A stretch of 25,490 bases of DNA from Octopus sinensis. Lineage: Eukaryota. The notes beneath the pieces were generated by a model. The model made no database searches. It was not told the origin of the DNA and worked only from the letters and a program-made list of their open reading frames with translations. The translations under genes and the position numbers were made by a program. The stretch spans positions 1 through 25,490 of the forward strand of contig NW_021836232.1 in NCBI RefSeq assembly GCF_006345805.1, written 5' to 3'. This document shows, one piece after another, positions 8,582-20,195 of the stretch. Within the stretch, counting starts at the first letter, position 1. Every line of letters begins with the position of its first letter.

Positions 8582-9579
8582 CGAGCGTTTGTGTATTAAT
8601 GCGTATGGCATAGTCATTTGCGTCTGTAAGGAAGATTGCCGTGTATTTATTTATGCGCATTATACAGTATTGCTTTTTCGGGGGGTTTTTTGTTGGTTAT
8701 TGTGCTGTTGTTTTTCTCTTTTTCATTTGTTTATTTGTTTTGTTTTTTAACTTCAATAATTTCAATATTTTTTCACTAAATTTTATATTTGCATATATGT
8801 TTATATTTATTTTTTTAACAATACATGTTCACATCGCCACATCACTGAACAACAACACCCATACCCAACAACGTAAACAATAACAACAACATCACATGAC
8901 CAACAACAACACAAACATCAACACGAACAACAACAGCAACATCGACAATAACAACAGCAACTACAACAACTGCAAAAACAGACACAAACTAAAAAAAAAT
9001 AAGGCTGTGGTAATGTTTTTTTTTTAATGGTTTCTTATTGAAATTATATTAACCTGCGCGCGCACAGAAATACGAAACAAACAGGTTTCCATTAATTCGA
9101 CATCTTTTGTGGTTGTTTTTGTTCTTTTGTCTATTGTTTTTATAGTTTTTAAATTGTCAGAAAGGAGTTTGTTGTTGCTGCTACTGCTGCTACTGTTGTT
9201 GATGTTGTTGTTGATGTTGTTATGTAATTGTTTCTTTTTTGCATTTGTTTTGTGGAAAGATTTTTTTAATATTTTACTATAATTGGCTTTTATTTTTGAA
9301 ATTTGTTTTCTTATTTTGTTATTTTTATTTCAGTTTTTTTTAAATACTTTCCGTGTTTGTTACAGTCTACTTTTTTATTGCAAATTCTTACATTCTCACT
9401 CTCAGACATCGAACATATTTTCTATACTTCCATGAAAGGTTCTAAACATTTTATTTAGACACACGCATAAAATGTCTGTTTTGCAAGTCCAAATTCGAAA
9501 CAATATGGTTCCGGTTTGGATTCTACTTCACAGCATCGGCTTCATTGCGCCTTTGTTAGTGGAATTTGGTAGAGAGAAA

Positions 9580-9696
9580 TAGTCGGGTGGACAATTCCTG
9601 GTTCTTGAACAGTACATTTAAACTGCCTCTCCATTTAACATCACCATCAGGTCCACGGGTGTCTATAGCAGAAGTATTTAAGCCAGATGAGTTTGC
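9580..9696. repeat. Isolated near-identical copy of 12164-12293 (piece of decayed transposase)
   Basis: One substitution and one 13-bp gap relative to 12164-12293; flanks unrelated. Confidence 0.9.
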
Positions 9697-9781
9697 CGAT
9701 GGAAAATTTCCTGCATTCCTTCCAACGGACTCAGAAACTACTCCGACGAAATGCATAAAATATTTGAAAGTTTCATTATCA

Positions 9782-9782
9782 T

Positions 9783-9843
<61 letters not shown>

Positions 9844-9876
9844 TGTAGTAGTAGAAGTAGTAGTAACAGCAGCAGC

Positions 9877-9923
<47 letters not shown>
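9782..9923. repeat. (AGT)n microsatellite
   Basis: Directly visible. Confidence 0.95.
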
Positions 9924-9925
<2 letters not shown>

Positions 9926-10050
9926 CGCCGAGGTCGACTTTGCCTTTCATCCTTTCGGAGTCGATAAAATAAAAATAAATCAAGTACCAGGGCTGATGAA
10001 ATCGATCAGCTCCCGTCCCCACCCCAAACTTCTGCCTTTAACAGAAAGGA
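9924..10050 (+). mobile_element. SINE family B, 5'-truncated, ending in (ATC)n
   Basis: GCCGAGGTCGACTTTGCCTTTCATCCTTTCGGAGTCGATAAAATA...AGAAAGG, then (ATC)n. Confidence 0.8.
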
Positions 10051-10052
10051 TT

Positions 10053-10096
<44 letters not shown>

Positions 10097-10335
10097 TATT
10101 GTTGTTGTTGTTGTTGTTGCTGTCGTTGTTTCCTTTCAATCTTGTTTCCATTTCTAGCCGAGTGTCTTCCCAACAGCTAGGGCAAAGGAACTCATTGTAT
10201 AGATTGGAAGGCCATCAAAATAAGCACACCAGATTGTTTATTTGCAAAGTCACATGATGCAAAAAGAAGGGGGAAGAGAAACAGAGAGAAAAGGGAAAAG
10301 AAGGGAAAAAAGAATAAGACGAAAAAGAAAGCGAA

Positions 10336-10543
10336 AAGGCGATCTGAAAGAAACGTTGGCATCCCGGACAAAATGCTTAGCGGTATCTCGTCCGTCTTTA
10401 CGTTTTGAGCTCAAATTCCGCCAAGGTTAACTTTGCCTTTCAACCTTTCGGGGTCGATAAAATAAGTATCAGTTGAGTATTGGGGTCGATGTAACCGACT
10501 ATCCCTCTCCCATGAAATTGCTGACCTTGGGGCAAAATTTGAA

Positions 10544-10545
<2 letters not shown>
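10336..10545 (+). mobile_element. SINE family B, ending in (ATT)n
   Basis: AAGGCGATCTGAAAGAAACGTTGGC...GAGCTCAAATTCCGCC...GGGGTCGATAAAATAAG...AAAATTTGAAA followed by (ATT)n to about 10597. Confidence 0.85.
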
Positions 10546-10586
<41 letters not shown>

Positions 10587-10857
10587 TATTATTATTAGAC
10601 AATACGCAAAGGACGATGCGGTTGCAACAGATTATTTTATTGGTTGAACGATATTTCGAGTTTTAGCGTGTCTTTGTCGAGTTCAAACTGAAGAGTGATA
10701 AAAATTCAAAATTATAGAAATTCAAATCCAAACTATGAACGGGAGGAACCAGCGTCCCCACGTTCATGGAATGACATCATCAGTCTTCAAATTTCAACTT
10801 CACAAAAACAAAAAGAAAGAAAAAAGAGAACAAAAAGAAAAGGAAAATGAAGAATAT

Positions 10858-11760
10858 TTAATCAAACAGTTTTGTGTAAATATGATGAAACTCTCCTGTC
10901 ATTTTATTCATTCCTCCAGGGCTTGATGTTAATAACTAGCAAACATATTTCTCATCGTGCTTTTTGAGTACTGAAAGTGTGACAGATTCAGAATAGCTTC
11001 TGAGAATATGCACTTTCTAGTTTTTTTCAAAATTGCAGCCGTTTGATACTAAATGCTCGGCAAGTCCTGTCGAACTACTGTTATTGTGCCTGACGTCATA
11101 TCTGTACCCATTGAAACTTTTAATTGTTCTTTTGTACAACCAACGTAAATCAAGTTGTGTTTGGTACATTTTGCTGCGTACACCAAATAGGAATCGCTAA
11201 GCGTCCCACCTTCCGTGTAAATCATAATATTTCTGTTATGATACCTATTTCTTTATCACCCACAAGGGGCTAAACACAGAGGGGACAAACAAGGACAGAC
11301 ATAGGTATTAAGTCGATTACATCGACCCCAGAGGGTAACTGGTACTTAATTTATCGACCCCGAAAGGATGAAAGGCAAAGTCGACCTCGGCGGAATTTGA
11401 ACTCACAACGTAACGCAGATGAAGTACCGCTAAGCATTTCGCCCGGCGTGCTAACGTTTCTGCCAGCTCGCCGCCTTGTTATGATCCCTGGTGGAATTCA
11501 CTCGACACATGTTGTTGCACAATAAACAGGGATTACCTCTCTTGCGGTTGTTCTTCAAGGTACAGGGGGCAGAAAATTCCAGTGTCGATTTTCTTGGAGT
11601 TAGAAGTAGAGATTGGTAGTTCTCTTATATTTTTTTATCCCTCTAAAGGCTACAATAGACGGCTGAGGAAATATTTGTTTGAAACGAGGATATTGAAATG
11701 CCAGCGAAATGTCGGTGCCAGTTACATCAAGGAATTCTATCATATATTGTACCTCTGTGT
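10858..11760 (-). pseudogene. Decayed Penelope-like element ORF: RT end, Cys-rich linker and GIY-YIG endonuclease, interrupted by a SINE
   Basis: Manual translation: IEFLDVT...PRFKQIFPQPSIVAFR...PCTLKNNRKRGNPCLLCNNM...(SINE removed, frame restored)...LVYAAKCTKHNLIYVGCT...(frameshift) FNGYRYD...GLAEH...PGGMN...KLFD* (stop 10858-10860). Several stops and frameshifts. Confidence 0.75.
11243..11476 (-). mobile_element. SINE family B (alternative tail), young full-length copy with 9-bp TSD
   Basis: TSD TGTTATGAT at 11234-11242 and 11477-11485; nearly identical to 18145-18380. Confidence 0.9.
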
Positions 11761-11822
11761 GAAGAGTCTGGCTGCATCCGAAAAAATATATAAAAAAATT
11801 AAAAAAGTAAACACAAAATTTA

Positions 11823-12400
11823 TTACACGAATCTGTTACCACCATGACAGTCAACTATTTGACGCCGAACACGAGTTTGATGTTGAATACATCCACGAAT
11901 TTTCCGCTCAGATAGCTCTTCTCGAGACTGCAAGACGGCTTCGTGCAATTCATGCCTCGTTGTAGGGTTTTTCAGTTCAACTTTATCGGCCAAAACTTTG
12001 AAAATGCCTTCATCTAATGGATTCCACGTGTAAACATGTGTTGAATAGAACTCACTGAATAAATCTTAATTAACTGTGTTGTCAATTGTATGCTCCTGAC
12101 ATATGCTGACGTGTTCGCGGCCAGACTTTTCACACATGTGAACTAATACTCTGGTTACGGTTTTAGTCGGATGGACAATTCCTGGTTCTTGAACAGTACA
12201 TTTAAACTGCCTCTCCATTTAACATCACCATCAGGTCCACGGGTGTCTATAGCAGCGTATACTGTTAGAAGTATTTAAGCCAGATGAGTTTGCTAAAACC
12301 GTATTGGCTCATGACCCTGTGGGGATTTGAATGTCTTCATTAACTGTATCTCCAGGGGCTCCGGCAAAACCTGTGATAAAGAGAAATACTAATAATATTT
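11823..12400 (-). pseudogene. Decayed Tc1/mariner-superfamily transposase (C-terminal half; DD37D/maT-like by motif)
   Basis: 12065-11823 reads ...TWNPLDEGIFKVLADKV...NPTTRHELHEAV...IRGCI...RQIVDCHGGNRFV*, resembling the (SPDL)NPLD...L..KV...EL...GG.F terminus. Upstream VYAAI...G and EPG motifs are in broken frames. Subfamily call is tentative. Confidence 0.6.
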
Positions 12401-12701
12401 TAAAAGGATTGATGTAACCTTTCACAAAGATGAATAGGCAAATAAAGCTCTTATTCTATCATGTCGGCCAGTCGCTGACTGGTGCTGACTGGTGGAGCAG
12501 TTTCTGTGGATTGTATTGAGCTATACCGATAAAATGTAGGGTAAATGTAGTAATAATAACAATAATACTGGATGGAATTCATAAATATTTTAATGCATCG
12601 CTACGCGTTATATCCCTGAAACGGATGTAAGACTACCTTTCTCTTTATAACATTTCCTAGAAATTTCACACTGCCTGGGCTCTATTGTTACAATTTTTTT
12701 A

Positions 12702-12733
<32 letters not shown>

Positions 12734-12784
12734 TCTCTTTCTGCCTATTTCTGTGTTCCTTTCTATTTTTTTATAAATTCCGAC

Positions 12785-13028
<244 letters not shown>

Positions 13029-13113
13029 AAGCAGATTGTCCCAAATCATGGACATACTTTAACAACTTATAACTCATTTGATTTTTGCTTCTCTTTAGAT
13101 TTAACCCACTACT

Positions 13114-13172
13114 GGGAACCATACGGGGAACCATACGGGGAACCATACGGGGAATCATACGGGGAACCATAC
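13114..13172 (+). repeat. 12-bp tandem repeat GGGAACCATACG, about 4.9 copies
   Basis: Units start at 13114, 13126, 13138, 13150 (one C>T) and 13162. Confidence 0.95.
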
Positions 13173-13502
13173 TTACCTTTGAACAAAGAAAATTTCATAT
13201 AAATGACACTGGAAGTCTAAAAACGTAATATCCAAGCGTAAAGAAGGAATTTCAAATAGATTCAACGAGGCGACTTGCTGCCACTTGAATTACATATAAG
13301 TTTCGAAGCAAATAGAACTGTTCCGAGTGTTCACAAAACTCATTTCGCAAGACCATGGTCTTCGATGAGCCCTCACAAAGCAAGAAAATGTACTATAAAG
13401 ACAACTCACTAAGTTCAACATAATCTGTGACAAGCGAGTCATGAGGTAGGAATATCAAAACTAACTGACCATCGTATTTTGAAGCGCCGCCATTAGAATA
13501 GC

Positions 13503-14190
13503 TATATTCCAAAAATAGTCCATGCTCTCACTGAAGGTGATTCGAACCTATGGGTGGAATTTTGCGATTGGTACTTGGCAAGACGTGTAGAAGATGCACA
13601 CTTTCTAACAGATATTGCTTGAAATGATGAGGCTACATTTCAAGTACTCAGTTGACTGCTACAGTTGCCTTAAATGGGAACCTGAGAAACTGCATGTTAT
13701 GGAGGGACATCATATCAATTAACCAGCAGTCTGAGAATGCTGTGACTTCTCATCAGAAGGATTAATTGTACCATTCTTTTTCTTTTTTCTTTTTATTTTA
13801 ACGGTACTATATCTGGTTCCATTTACTTGAACTTGCCGCGGCAATCTTTCATGCACAGCAGTCAAGAGGACTATGAGGATGTGGAGTTTTATTTCCAGCC
13901 AGATGGGGAAACCTCCACACTACTATAGAAATGTAAGGACCTTGTTGAGATTTTGCCAAACAAGTAGATTGGATGTTGATGTTCAAGATAGTACGTTCCA
14001 CGTTCAGCGGAGATCACGCCACTTGACTTTTTTTTATGGAGATGATTTAGAGATAAAGTTTGCTATACCATACCGATCACAGTCAACGAATTGAGCGCCA
14101 CCATTGAAATAGAATGCACAGAAATACTGAACGAAATATTTCTTGTTGTTTGCGAAGGTTCTCAACAGTAACTAGAACATTAGTTCGAAA
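13503..14190 (+). pseudogene. Decayed Tc1/mariner-superfamily transposase (DD41D/rosa-like by motif); may extend 5' to about 13250
   Basis: YIPKIVHALTEGD...EFCDW...FLTDIA*NDEATF (WSDEA motif), FQPDG..PPHY..NVR, PRSAEITPLDFFLW (SPDLTPLDFFLW motif), KV...TVNEL...IE. Many stops and frameshifts. Confidence 0.8.
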
Positions 14191-14479
14191 GCAAGCGTTC
14201 ATAAAAATAAGCATTTAATTCTAATAAATTTTGAAATGAATTGTATTTAAATAAAAGCTGACTTTGTAATCATGCGTGTGTACATCTTTGTGGTGACAAC
14301 CTGTGTATATATGTATGTATGTGCACTCATCATTGATGTACTTGTTTGTTTTTTCAGTGTTCTCTCTTTGTTCTATCTCCCTCTCTCCCCTCCCTTTTCA
14401 TCTGTATTTATATACACATATATATATAAACACACACACATCTGTGTGTGTATGCATGAGTATGTAGACATTCATGTAT

Positions 14480-14674
14480 GTGTGTATATACCTATATATA
14501 TATATATATAGGTATATACGTACACATACTTATATATACATATATATATAAATATATATATCTATATACACACATGTACATATACATATATATACATATA
14601 TACACATATCATAGATAATATATAAATACATATATAATACACACATATATACATATATATATATATATAATACT

Positions 14675-14719
<45 letters not shown>

Positions 14720-14925
14720 TGCATGCATATAAACCACAGGAGAAAGGGACAAGCGTTGAAGATTATGATGATGACGATACGTGCGTATGCGCACGTACGT
14801 GTGTGTATGTGCGTCTGTGTGTGTGTGTGTATGTGCGTGCGTGTGTGTGTGCGTCTGTGTGTGTGTGTGTGTGTGTGTGGTGCGTGTGTGTGCGCGTGTG
14901 CGTGCGTGTGTGTGTGTGTGTTTCG
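14480..14925. repeat. (TA)n and (TG/CG)n microsatellite complex
   Basis: Directly visible. Confidence 0.9.
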
Positions 14926-15359
14926 CTGTGTACATAGGTGGATGTTAAACCGAAAACACAACGCCGTTCATTTTTAACATTTTTTAGCCTTGTTTTTTTG
15001 CTATTTTCGTATTTTTTGCTATTTTTGAGATTCTTACAGCTTACACGGAACACCTGCGCCCCTTAATTCTCACATTCTTCCTCTATATTCTAACTTTCCT
15101 CCATTCTTCTATTTGCGTGTCTCCGTATATGTACGAAAGCATGTGTGTGTGTCTGTGTGTGATGTGACAAAAAGAGGCGAGATGTTGTTCATTTCGAGAT
15201 GGTGACATGCTCGTTTTAAACCCCTTTAGAAGGCCGGAAGATTTCGTATGTTGTGTGAAAACCTATTTTCCAAACAGCTTTTTCCTTCGTGTTCTTGTTT
15301 CACAGAAGTGTTAGGAATAGTAAGGTGACAGTTATCTATGTAAATATAATCCTTTTTTA

Positions 15360-15412
<53 letters not shown>

Positions 15413-15848
15413 TCTCTCCCTTCCTTGAACGTTAGCTCTTACGAGTGTTCATTTTCACATATGGATATATCAATGTGTGTTTGTGTACATGTAGTATTTG
15501 CTTTCATTCCTTTTCGTGCAAAAAAGAACACCGAATGCTCAATACGCAACTCTATCGAAAATCTGTAAGATGTGTAATGATGCGAGTTATTACACAGATG
15601 AAAAAACTTAATTCCCCCCTTAGTTAAAGATCCCATACGGTTTCTATATAAGACTAGGCATAAATAATGATCATCAGATATTTATTGTAGTAAATTTAAA
15701 TTACAATTGTTTCCAGTTTTCAATATAGGTGCGTTAGATTTACTCAATCGGTCCATTGTTTGATTGAGAAAAATTGAACGACCTAGAGAGTTAGTTGTAT
15801 TCATATATAAATATATGTATGCATAAGATTTTACGTATGTATACGTAA

Positions 15849-16259
15849 GGCGCAGGAGTGGCTGTGTGGTAAGTAGCTTGCTAACCAACCACATGGTTCC
15901 GGGTTCAGTCCCACTGCGTGGCATCTTGGGCAAGTGTCTTCTGCTATAGCCCCGGGCCGACCAATGACTTGTGAGTGGATTTGGTAGATGGAAACTGAAA
16001 GAAGCCTGTCGTATATATGCATATGTATATATGTATGCGTGTGTGTGTTTGTGCGTCTGTGTTTGTCCCCTAGCATTGCTTGACAACCGATGCTGGTGTG
16101 TTTACGTCCCCGTTACTTAGCGGTCCGGCAAAAGAGACCGATAGAATAAGTACTGGGCTTACAAAAGAATAAGCCCCGAGGTCGAGTTGCTCGATTAAAG
16201 GCGGTGCTCCAACATGGCCACAGTCAAATGACTGAAACAAATAAAAGAATAAAGAGAAT
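15849..16259 (+). mobile_element. SINE family A, full length
   Basis: GGCGCAGGAGTGGCTGTGTGG, GGGTTCAGTCCC (B-box-like), CTTGGGCAAGT, central TA/TG tract, tail ...CATGGCCACAGTCAAATGACTGAAAC; followed by (TA)n. Confidence 0.92.
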
Positions 16260-16267
16260 ATATATTA

Positions 16268-16299
<32 letters not shown>

Positions 16300-16590
16300 G
16301 ATATAATATATAATTAATAAATGAAATAGAACATATGCATATATATAAACATATATGTACGTACCTACCTCTGCATGTACATATACACGCATATATGAAT
16401 ACAGAACACCAAAAAGGACGTCGAACACAATGAGAAACGAAAACATAGACACAAACCAAAGGAACTGGACATTTTTTTAAACAACAACAAAAAATGGAGT
16501 ACAGGACAATTAACACAAACAAAAAAACCCCTTCTTCAGTCGCTATGGTTTCATCTACTCTACGTTTCGAAGGGGCAGTAGTGGTACGAT

Positions 16591-16879
16591 AGAGTAGTTT
16601 TATACTGTCAACTTAATGTGACAGTCCCCTGAAGGGAATCACACCACTGCTATTTAGGCTTAGGAAACATCAACGTTTCCTGTCGGCCTTGACACATTCC
16701 CTGTGTTCTTATGTTTACAAGGGGAGACAAGCACCTCCACCCAGCTAAGCCTGCACCCAGAGACCAGTTTCTGAGTCCTTGCTCGTTATCAGTCTGGAGT
16801 AGCCATGGCCTGCTAGTTGCAGATGCCTGTCTAGCCTTTGTAAACAGGCTAGACACATTAAGTTGACAGTATAAAACTA

Positions 16880-16883
<4 letters not shown>
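16591..16883. mobile_element. MITE-like element with perfect 30-bp terminal inverted repeats
   Basis: AGAGTAGTTTTATACTGTCAACTTAATGTG (16591-16620) and its exact reverse complement (16854-16883). Internal hairpin TGTCTAGCCT/AGGCTAGACA at 16828-16855. Confidence 0.8.
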
Positions 16884-16931
<48 letters not shown>

Positions 16932-16968
16932 GACGCCAGTCCGTCACAGGATTACTCACTTTTGATAG

Positions 16969-16999
<31 letters not shown>

Positions 17000-17389
17000 G
17001 ATAGATAGATAGATAGACAGACTGATATATGTATGTATATATATGTATGCATGTATGTATGTATGTATGTATGTGTGTATATTATATATATATACACATA
17101 CATACATGCATACATATATATATACATACATATATCAGTCTGTCTATCTGTCTATCTATATATCTATCTCAACTGCACCCATTATCTCATTTCAATCTCG
17201 CAGATAACGACGGGCGATTAATGCCTACCACAGATATCTTTTAACTATTTAACTACGAGAAAATATAGTTGCTTAACAAAATAGACAGACAGACAGACAG
17301 ACAGATACATACATACATACATACATACATACATACATACATACATACATACATACATACATACATACATACATACATACATACATACA

Positions 17390-17420
<31 letters not shown>
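16884..17420. repeat. Microsatellite cluster (CT, TA, TAGA, TATG, ACAT)
   Basis: Directly visible tracts separated by short unique stretches. Confidence 0.85.
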
Positions 17421-17717
17421 GTTTATTAGCTACACAGAGCTGAACACAGAGGGGACTAATTAAAAAGCAGAGCTTTTCTTTGGGGGAGAAAAAAGGAGGG
17501 GTAAGTTTTCGATCAAAAGGGATCGTAAAAAAACGATCAATAGGGATCGTGTATCACAGAAATGTCATGATGTAAAGTGTAAAGGGGAAACAGATAAGGT
17601 TTATCCGTGGAAAGAAATGCCTACGGAAAAGACCATTGTAACCTCGGTCAATAATGTCACATTTATTTGCAAGTAAGTAACCCTCTATTTAAAAATTTTC
17701 CGGGTTCATAGGATTAT

Positions 17718-17718
<1 letters not shown>

Positions 17719-17789
<71 letters not shown>
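17719..17789. repeat. (GATA)n microsatellite
   Basis: Directly visible. Confidence 0.95.
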
Positions 17790-17844
17790 CTTATGCATAC
17801 ATATATGTATATATAAATTGAAAAAACATGTCTGTGGGGGGGGA

Positions 17845-18000
17845 AGCTCATTGAATGTGTTATTTGGGGGCTGCCAGGGGTTTGGTCTGCATATTTGTTT
17901 GCTCCTCCAGAAATCATTCCAAGTGCTCCAATAACAATTTGAGACGCCACATTCTTCTAATTTCAATCGCCAATTCCTTATATTTGCTCAATTTTCTCAA
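17845..18000 (-). pseudogene. Second C-terminal fragment of an RLE-type (R4/Dong-like) LINE
   Basis: KLSKYKELAIEIRRMWRLK (frameshift) IVIGALGMISGGANKYADQTPGSP; overlaps in homology with 8261-8440. Confidence 0.75.
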
Positions 18001-18006
18001 ACGTTT

Positions 18007-18482
18007 AAGGTAACGAGCTGACAGAATAGTTAGCATGCCAAGCAAAATGCGTAAAAGCCATTTCGTAAGTCTTTACGTTGTGAGTTCAAATTCCACCGAG
18101 ATCGACCTTGCCTTTCATCCTTTCGGAGAACTCGATAAAATAAGTACCTATTTCTTTATTACCCACAAGGGGCTAAACATAGAGGGGACAAACATGGACA
18201 GACATAGGTATTAAGTCGATTATATCGACCCCAGTGCTTAACTGGTACTTAATTTATCGACCCCGAAAGGATGAAAGGCAAAGTCGACCTCGGCGGAATT
18301 TGAACTCACAACGTAACGGCAGCCGAAATACCGCTAAGCATTTCGCCCGACGTGCTAACGTTTCTGCTAGCTCGCCGCCTAAAATAAGAACCTGTTGAGC
18401 TCTGAGGTCGTTGTAATGGACGTACACTCCCCCCCCCCCCCCATCCGAAATTGCTGGCCCTGAGTCAAAATTTGAAACCAAT
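18007..18482 (+). mobile_element. Older SINE family B copy split by a younger SINE
   Basis: 5' part 18007-18144 and 3' part 18381-18482 join into one family-B copy ending AAAATTTGAAACC. Confidence 0.8.
18145..18380 (-). mobile_element. Young SINE family B copy nested in the older copy
   Basis: Flanked by AAAATAAG(T/A)ACC at 18137-18148 and 18381-18392. Confidence 0.9.
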
Positions 18483-18610
18483 TTCTCAAGCGTTTTCAGA
18501 GATGCGTCAATCAGCTGAGGTTGTAACATCAAACAAAAGACAAGTTATTTTGTTTCTTTTCAACATGATTTTTCACAATCATATCTGACCGGTTACTCAA
18601 TATTTCGCGA

Positions 18611-18843
18611 AAGGCGGCGAGCTGGCAGAAACATTAGCACGCCGGGCGAAATGCGTAGCCGTATTTCGTCTGCCGTTAAATTCTGAGTTCAAATTCCGCC
18701 GAGGTCGACTTTGCCTTTCATCCTTTCGGGGTCGATAAATTAAGTACCAGTTACGCACTGGGCTCGATGGAATCGACTTAATCGCTTTGTCTGTCCTTGT
18801 TTGTCCCCTCTGTGTTTAGCCCTTTGAGGGTAGTAAACAAATA
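18611..18843 (+). mobile_element. SINE family B, full length with 12-bp TSD
   Basis: TSD AATATTTC(G/T)CGA at 18599-18610 and 18844-18855; B-box-like GAGTTCAAATTCC. Confidence 0.9.
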
Positions 18844-19056
18844 AATATTTCTCGATCAGTTTGAACACTGAAATTCCAAAGGGCGGTCACTTCAGCACTC
18901 TGCACTACTTGTGGTTGTTTGTGTTCCTGACAGTTTTCTTTGTGAATGGAAGCGCCGTTGCATATGTGACATATTGACCAGTGTATGTACTGAGATGCCT
19001 ATCATGTTTTCGCAAATACTCTGTTGGTGCCAGTCGACTGATATCCAGAGATTATC

Positions 19057-19393
19057 GAAGGCGCATGGCTCAGCTGGTTAGAGCGTCGAGCTTACGATCG
19101 TGAGGTTGTGAGTTCGATTCCCAGACCGGGCTGCGTGTTGTGTTCTTGAGCAAGACACTTTATTCACGTTGCTCCAGTTACCTCATCTGTAGAAATGAGT
19201 TGCGATATCACTGGTGCCAAGCTGTATCGGCCTTTGCCTTTCCTTTGGATAACATCAGTGGTGTAAAGAGGGGAGGCTGGTATGCATGGGCGACTGCTGA
19301 CCTTCCATAAAGCAACCTTGCTCGGACTTGTGCCTTGGAGGGTAACATTCTAGGTGCAATCCCATGGTCATTCATGATCGAAGGAGATCTTTT
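19057..19393 (+). mobile_element. SINE family C (tRNA-derived head)
   Basis: A box TGGCTCAGCTGG (19066-19077) and B box GTTCGATTCC (19112-19121), then GTGTTCTTGAGCAAGACACTT body. The 3' half recurs at 23927-24050. Confidence 0.85.
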
Positions 19394-19935
19394 AATGTAA
19401 TCGATTGTCTTTTGATGTTTTCTGCATACATGGCATGATAAGTTGCCTTCATGTTTCGGAAGATTTCTCTGGTAATTTCTAATTGGAAGGGACAAATCAT
19501 GAGTACCTTCAATTTCTGGTTTGAGAGAAGAGCATGTCGGTCATCGCCACACCAGCGCCTGTTCTAGTACTGTCAATATATATACCGCTGGCGGGGAGAT
19601 GAATCGCTGCTGTCTCTAGCAGTCAAGTGTTCATCATTAACAAGACCAAACAAGGTCGAGATCGCGTGGTCCGGTGGTCTCAACACCGGATAAACAAGAA
19701 TGCATTTTACACAACAAAAAAAACAATATGAGTGTATCTCTCATGATATCTACCGCAGTATAATTTGTTCTAACAGAACATTTACGTTTAAGTTAGCATT
19801 AATACTACCTGTGTTGCTAATATATAGTTTTATAATGGATAAGGGTTTGGTCTACATCAGGGTCTCTGCCTCTACTCAAGTATTTGCTATGTAGTAGTTT
19901 CTGCTGCCATTTCTCCTTAGTGTACTGAAGGCTGG

Positions 19936-20195
19936 GAGGTGCGTGGCTTAGTTGTTAAGGCGTTGGGACTCATGATCGTAAGATTGCGGTTTCGATTCCT
20001 GGACTGGGTAACGCGTTGTGTTCTTGAGCAAAACACTTCATTTCCTGTTTCTCTAGTTCACTCAACTGGCAAAAGTGAGTAATCCTGTGGCGGACTGGCG
20101 TCCCATCCAGGTGGGGAATTTATACGCCATGAAACCGGGAAACCGGCCCTTATGAGTCAATGTGACTCGAGAAGGCAACTTTACCCCTACCTTAC
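19936..20195 (+). mobile_element. SINE family D (tRNA head, Meta/V-SINE-like body)
   Basis: TGGCTTAGTTG A box, TTTCGATTCC B box, body CCTGTGGCGGACTGGCGTCCCATCCAGG...GAAACCGG resembling the recalled MetaSINE central domain (family name is inference). Confidence 0.7.

Noticed and set aside
8800-9230. Apparent inverted repeat between CAA-rich and TTG-rich tracts
   Set aside because: Low-complexity complementarity only; no unique sequence aligns.
10640-10790. Hammerhead downstream of the PLE ORF (CTGATGA at 10777-10783 minus; CTCGAAAT near 10655)
   Set aside because: The core halves are too far apart and lack a closing stem II; possibly a decayed pseudo-LTR, but not supportable.
11582-11965. 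127-aa plus-strand ORF
   Set aside because: Antisense to the PLE and Tc1/mariner remnants and spans their junction; no motif.
12150-12386. Host exon after a good-looking minus-strand splice acceptor (TTTCTCTTTATCACAG)
   Set aside because: All three frames hit stops, and the sequence is better explained as decayed transposase.
13114-13172. CRISPR-like array or EPYG-repeat protein (likewise the 14-mer at 23673-23768)
   Set aside because: Head-to-tail repeats without spacers in a eukaryotic repeat context; the ORF starts within (TA)n.
15682-16086. Recurring ORF family (YIRQASFSFRLPNPL...GTEPGTMWLVSKL; also 5744-5926, 21970-22422, 24872-25213)
   Set aside because: Antisense translations of SINE family A, not a protein family.
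16528-16575. Permuted (type II) hammerhead on the minus strand: CCCCTTC-GAAACGT...CTGAAGA-AGGGG
   Set aside because: Core words are present, but stem I cannot form and the 10.1-11.1 pair is mismatched; at best a decayed repeat end.
17433-17715. Possible additional interspersed repeat between microsatellites
   Set aside because: Looks repeat-like, but there is no second copy, terminal structure or motif within this window.
19060-19135. tRNA gene (also 19938-20005 and the family-A heads)
   Set aside because: A and B boxes are present, but the acceptor stem does not close and the sequence runs into SINE bodies.
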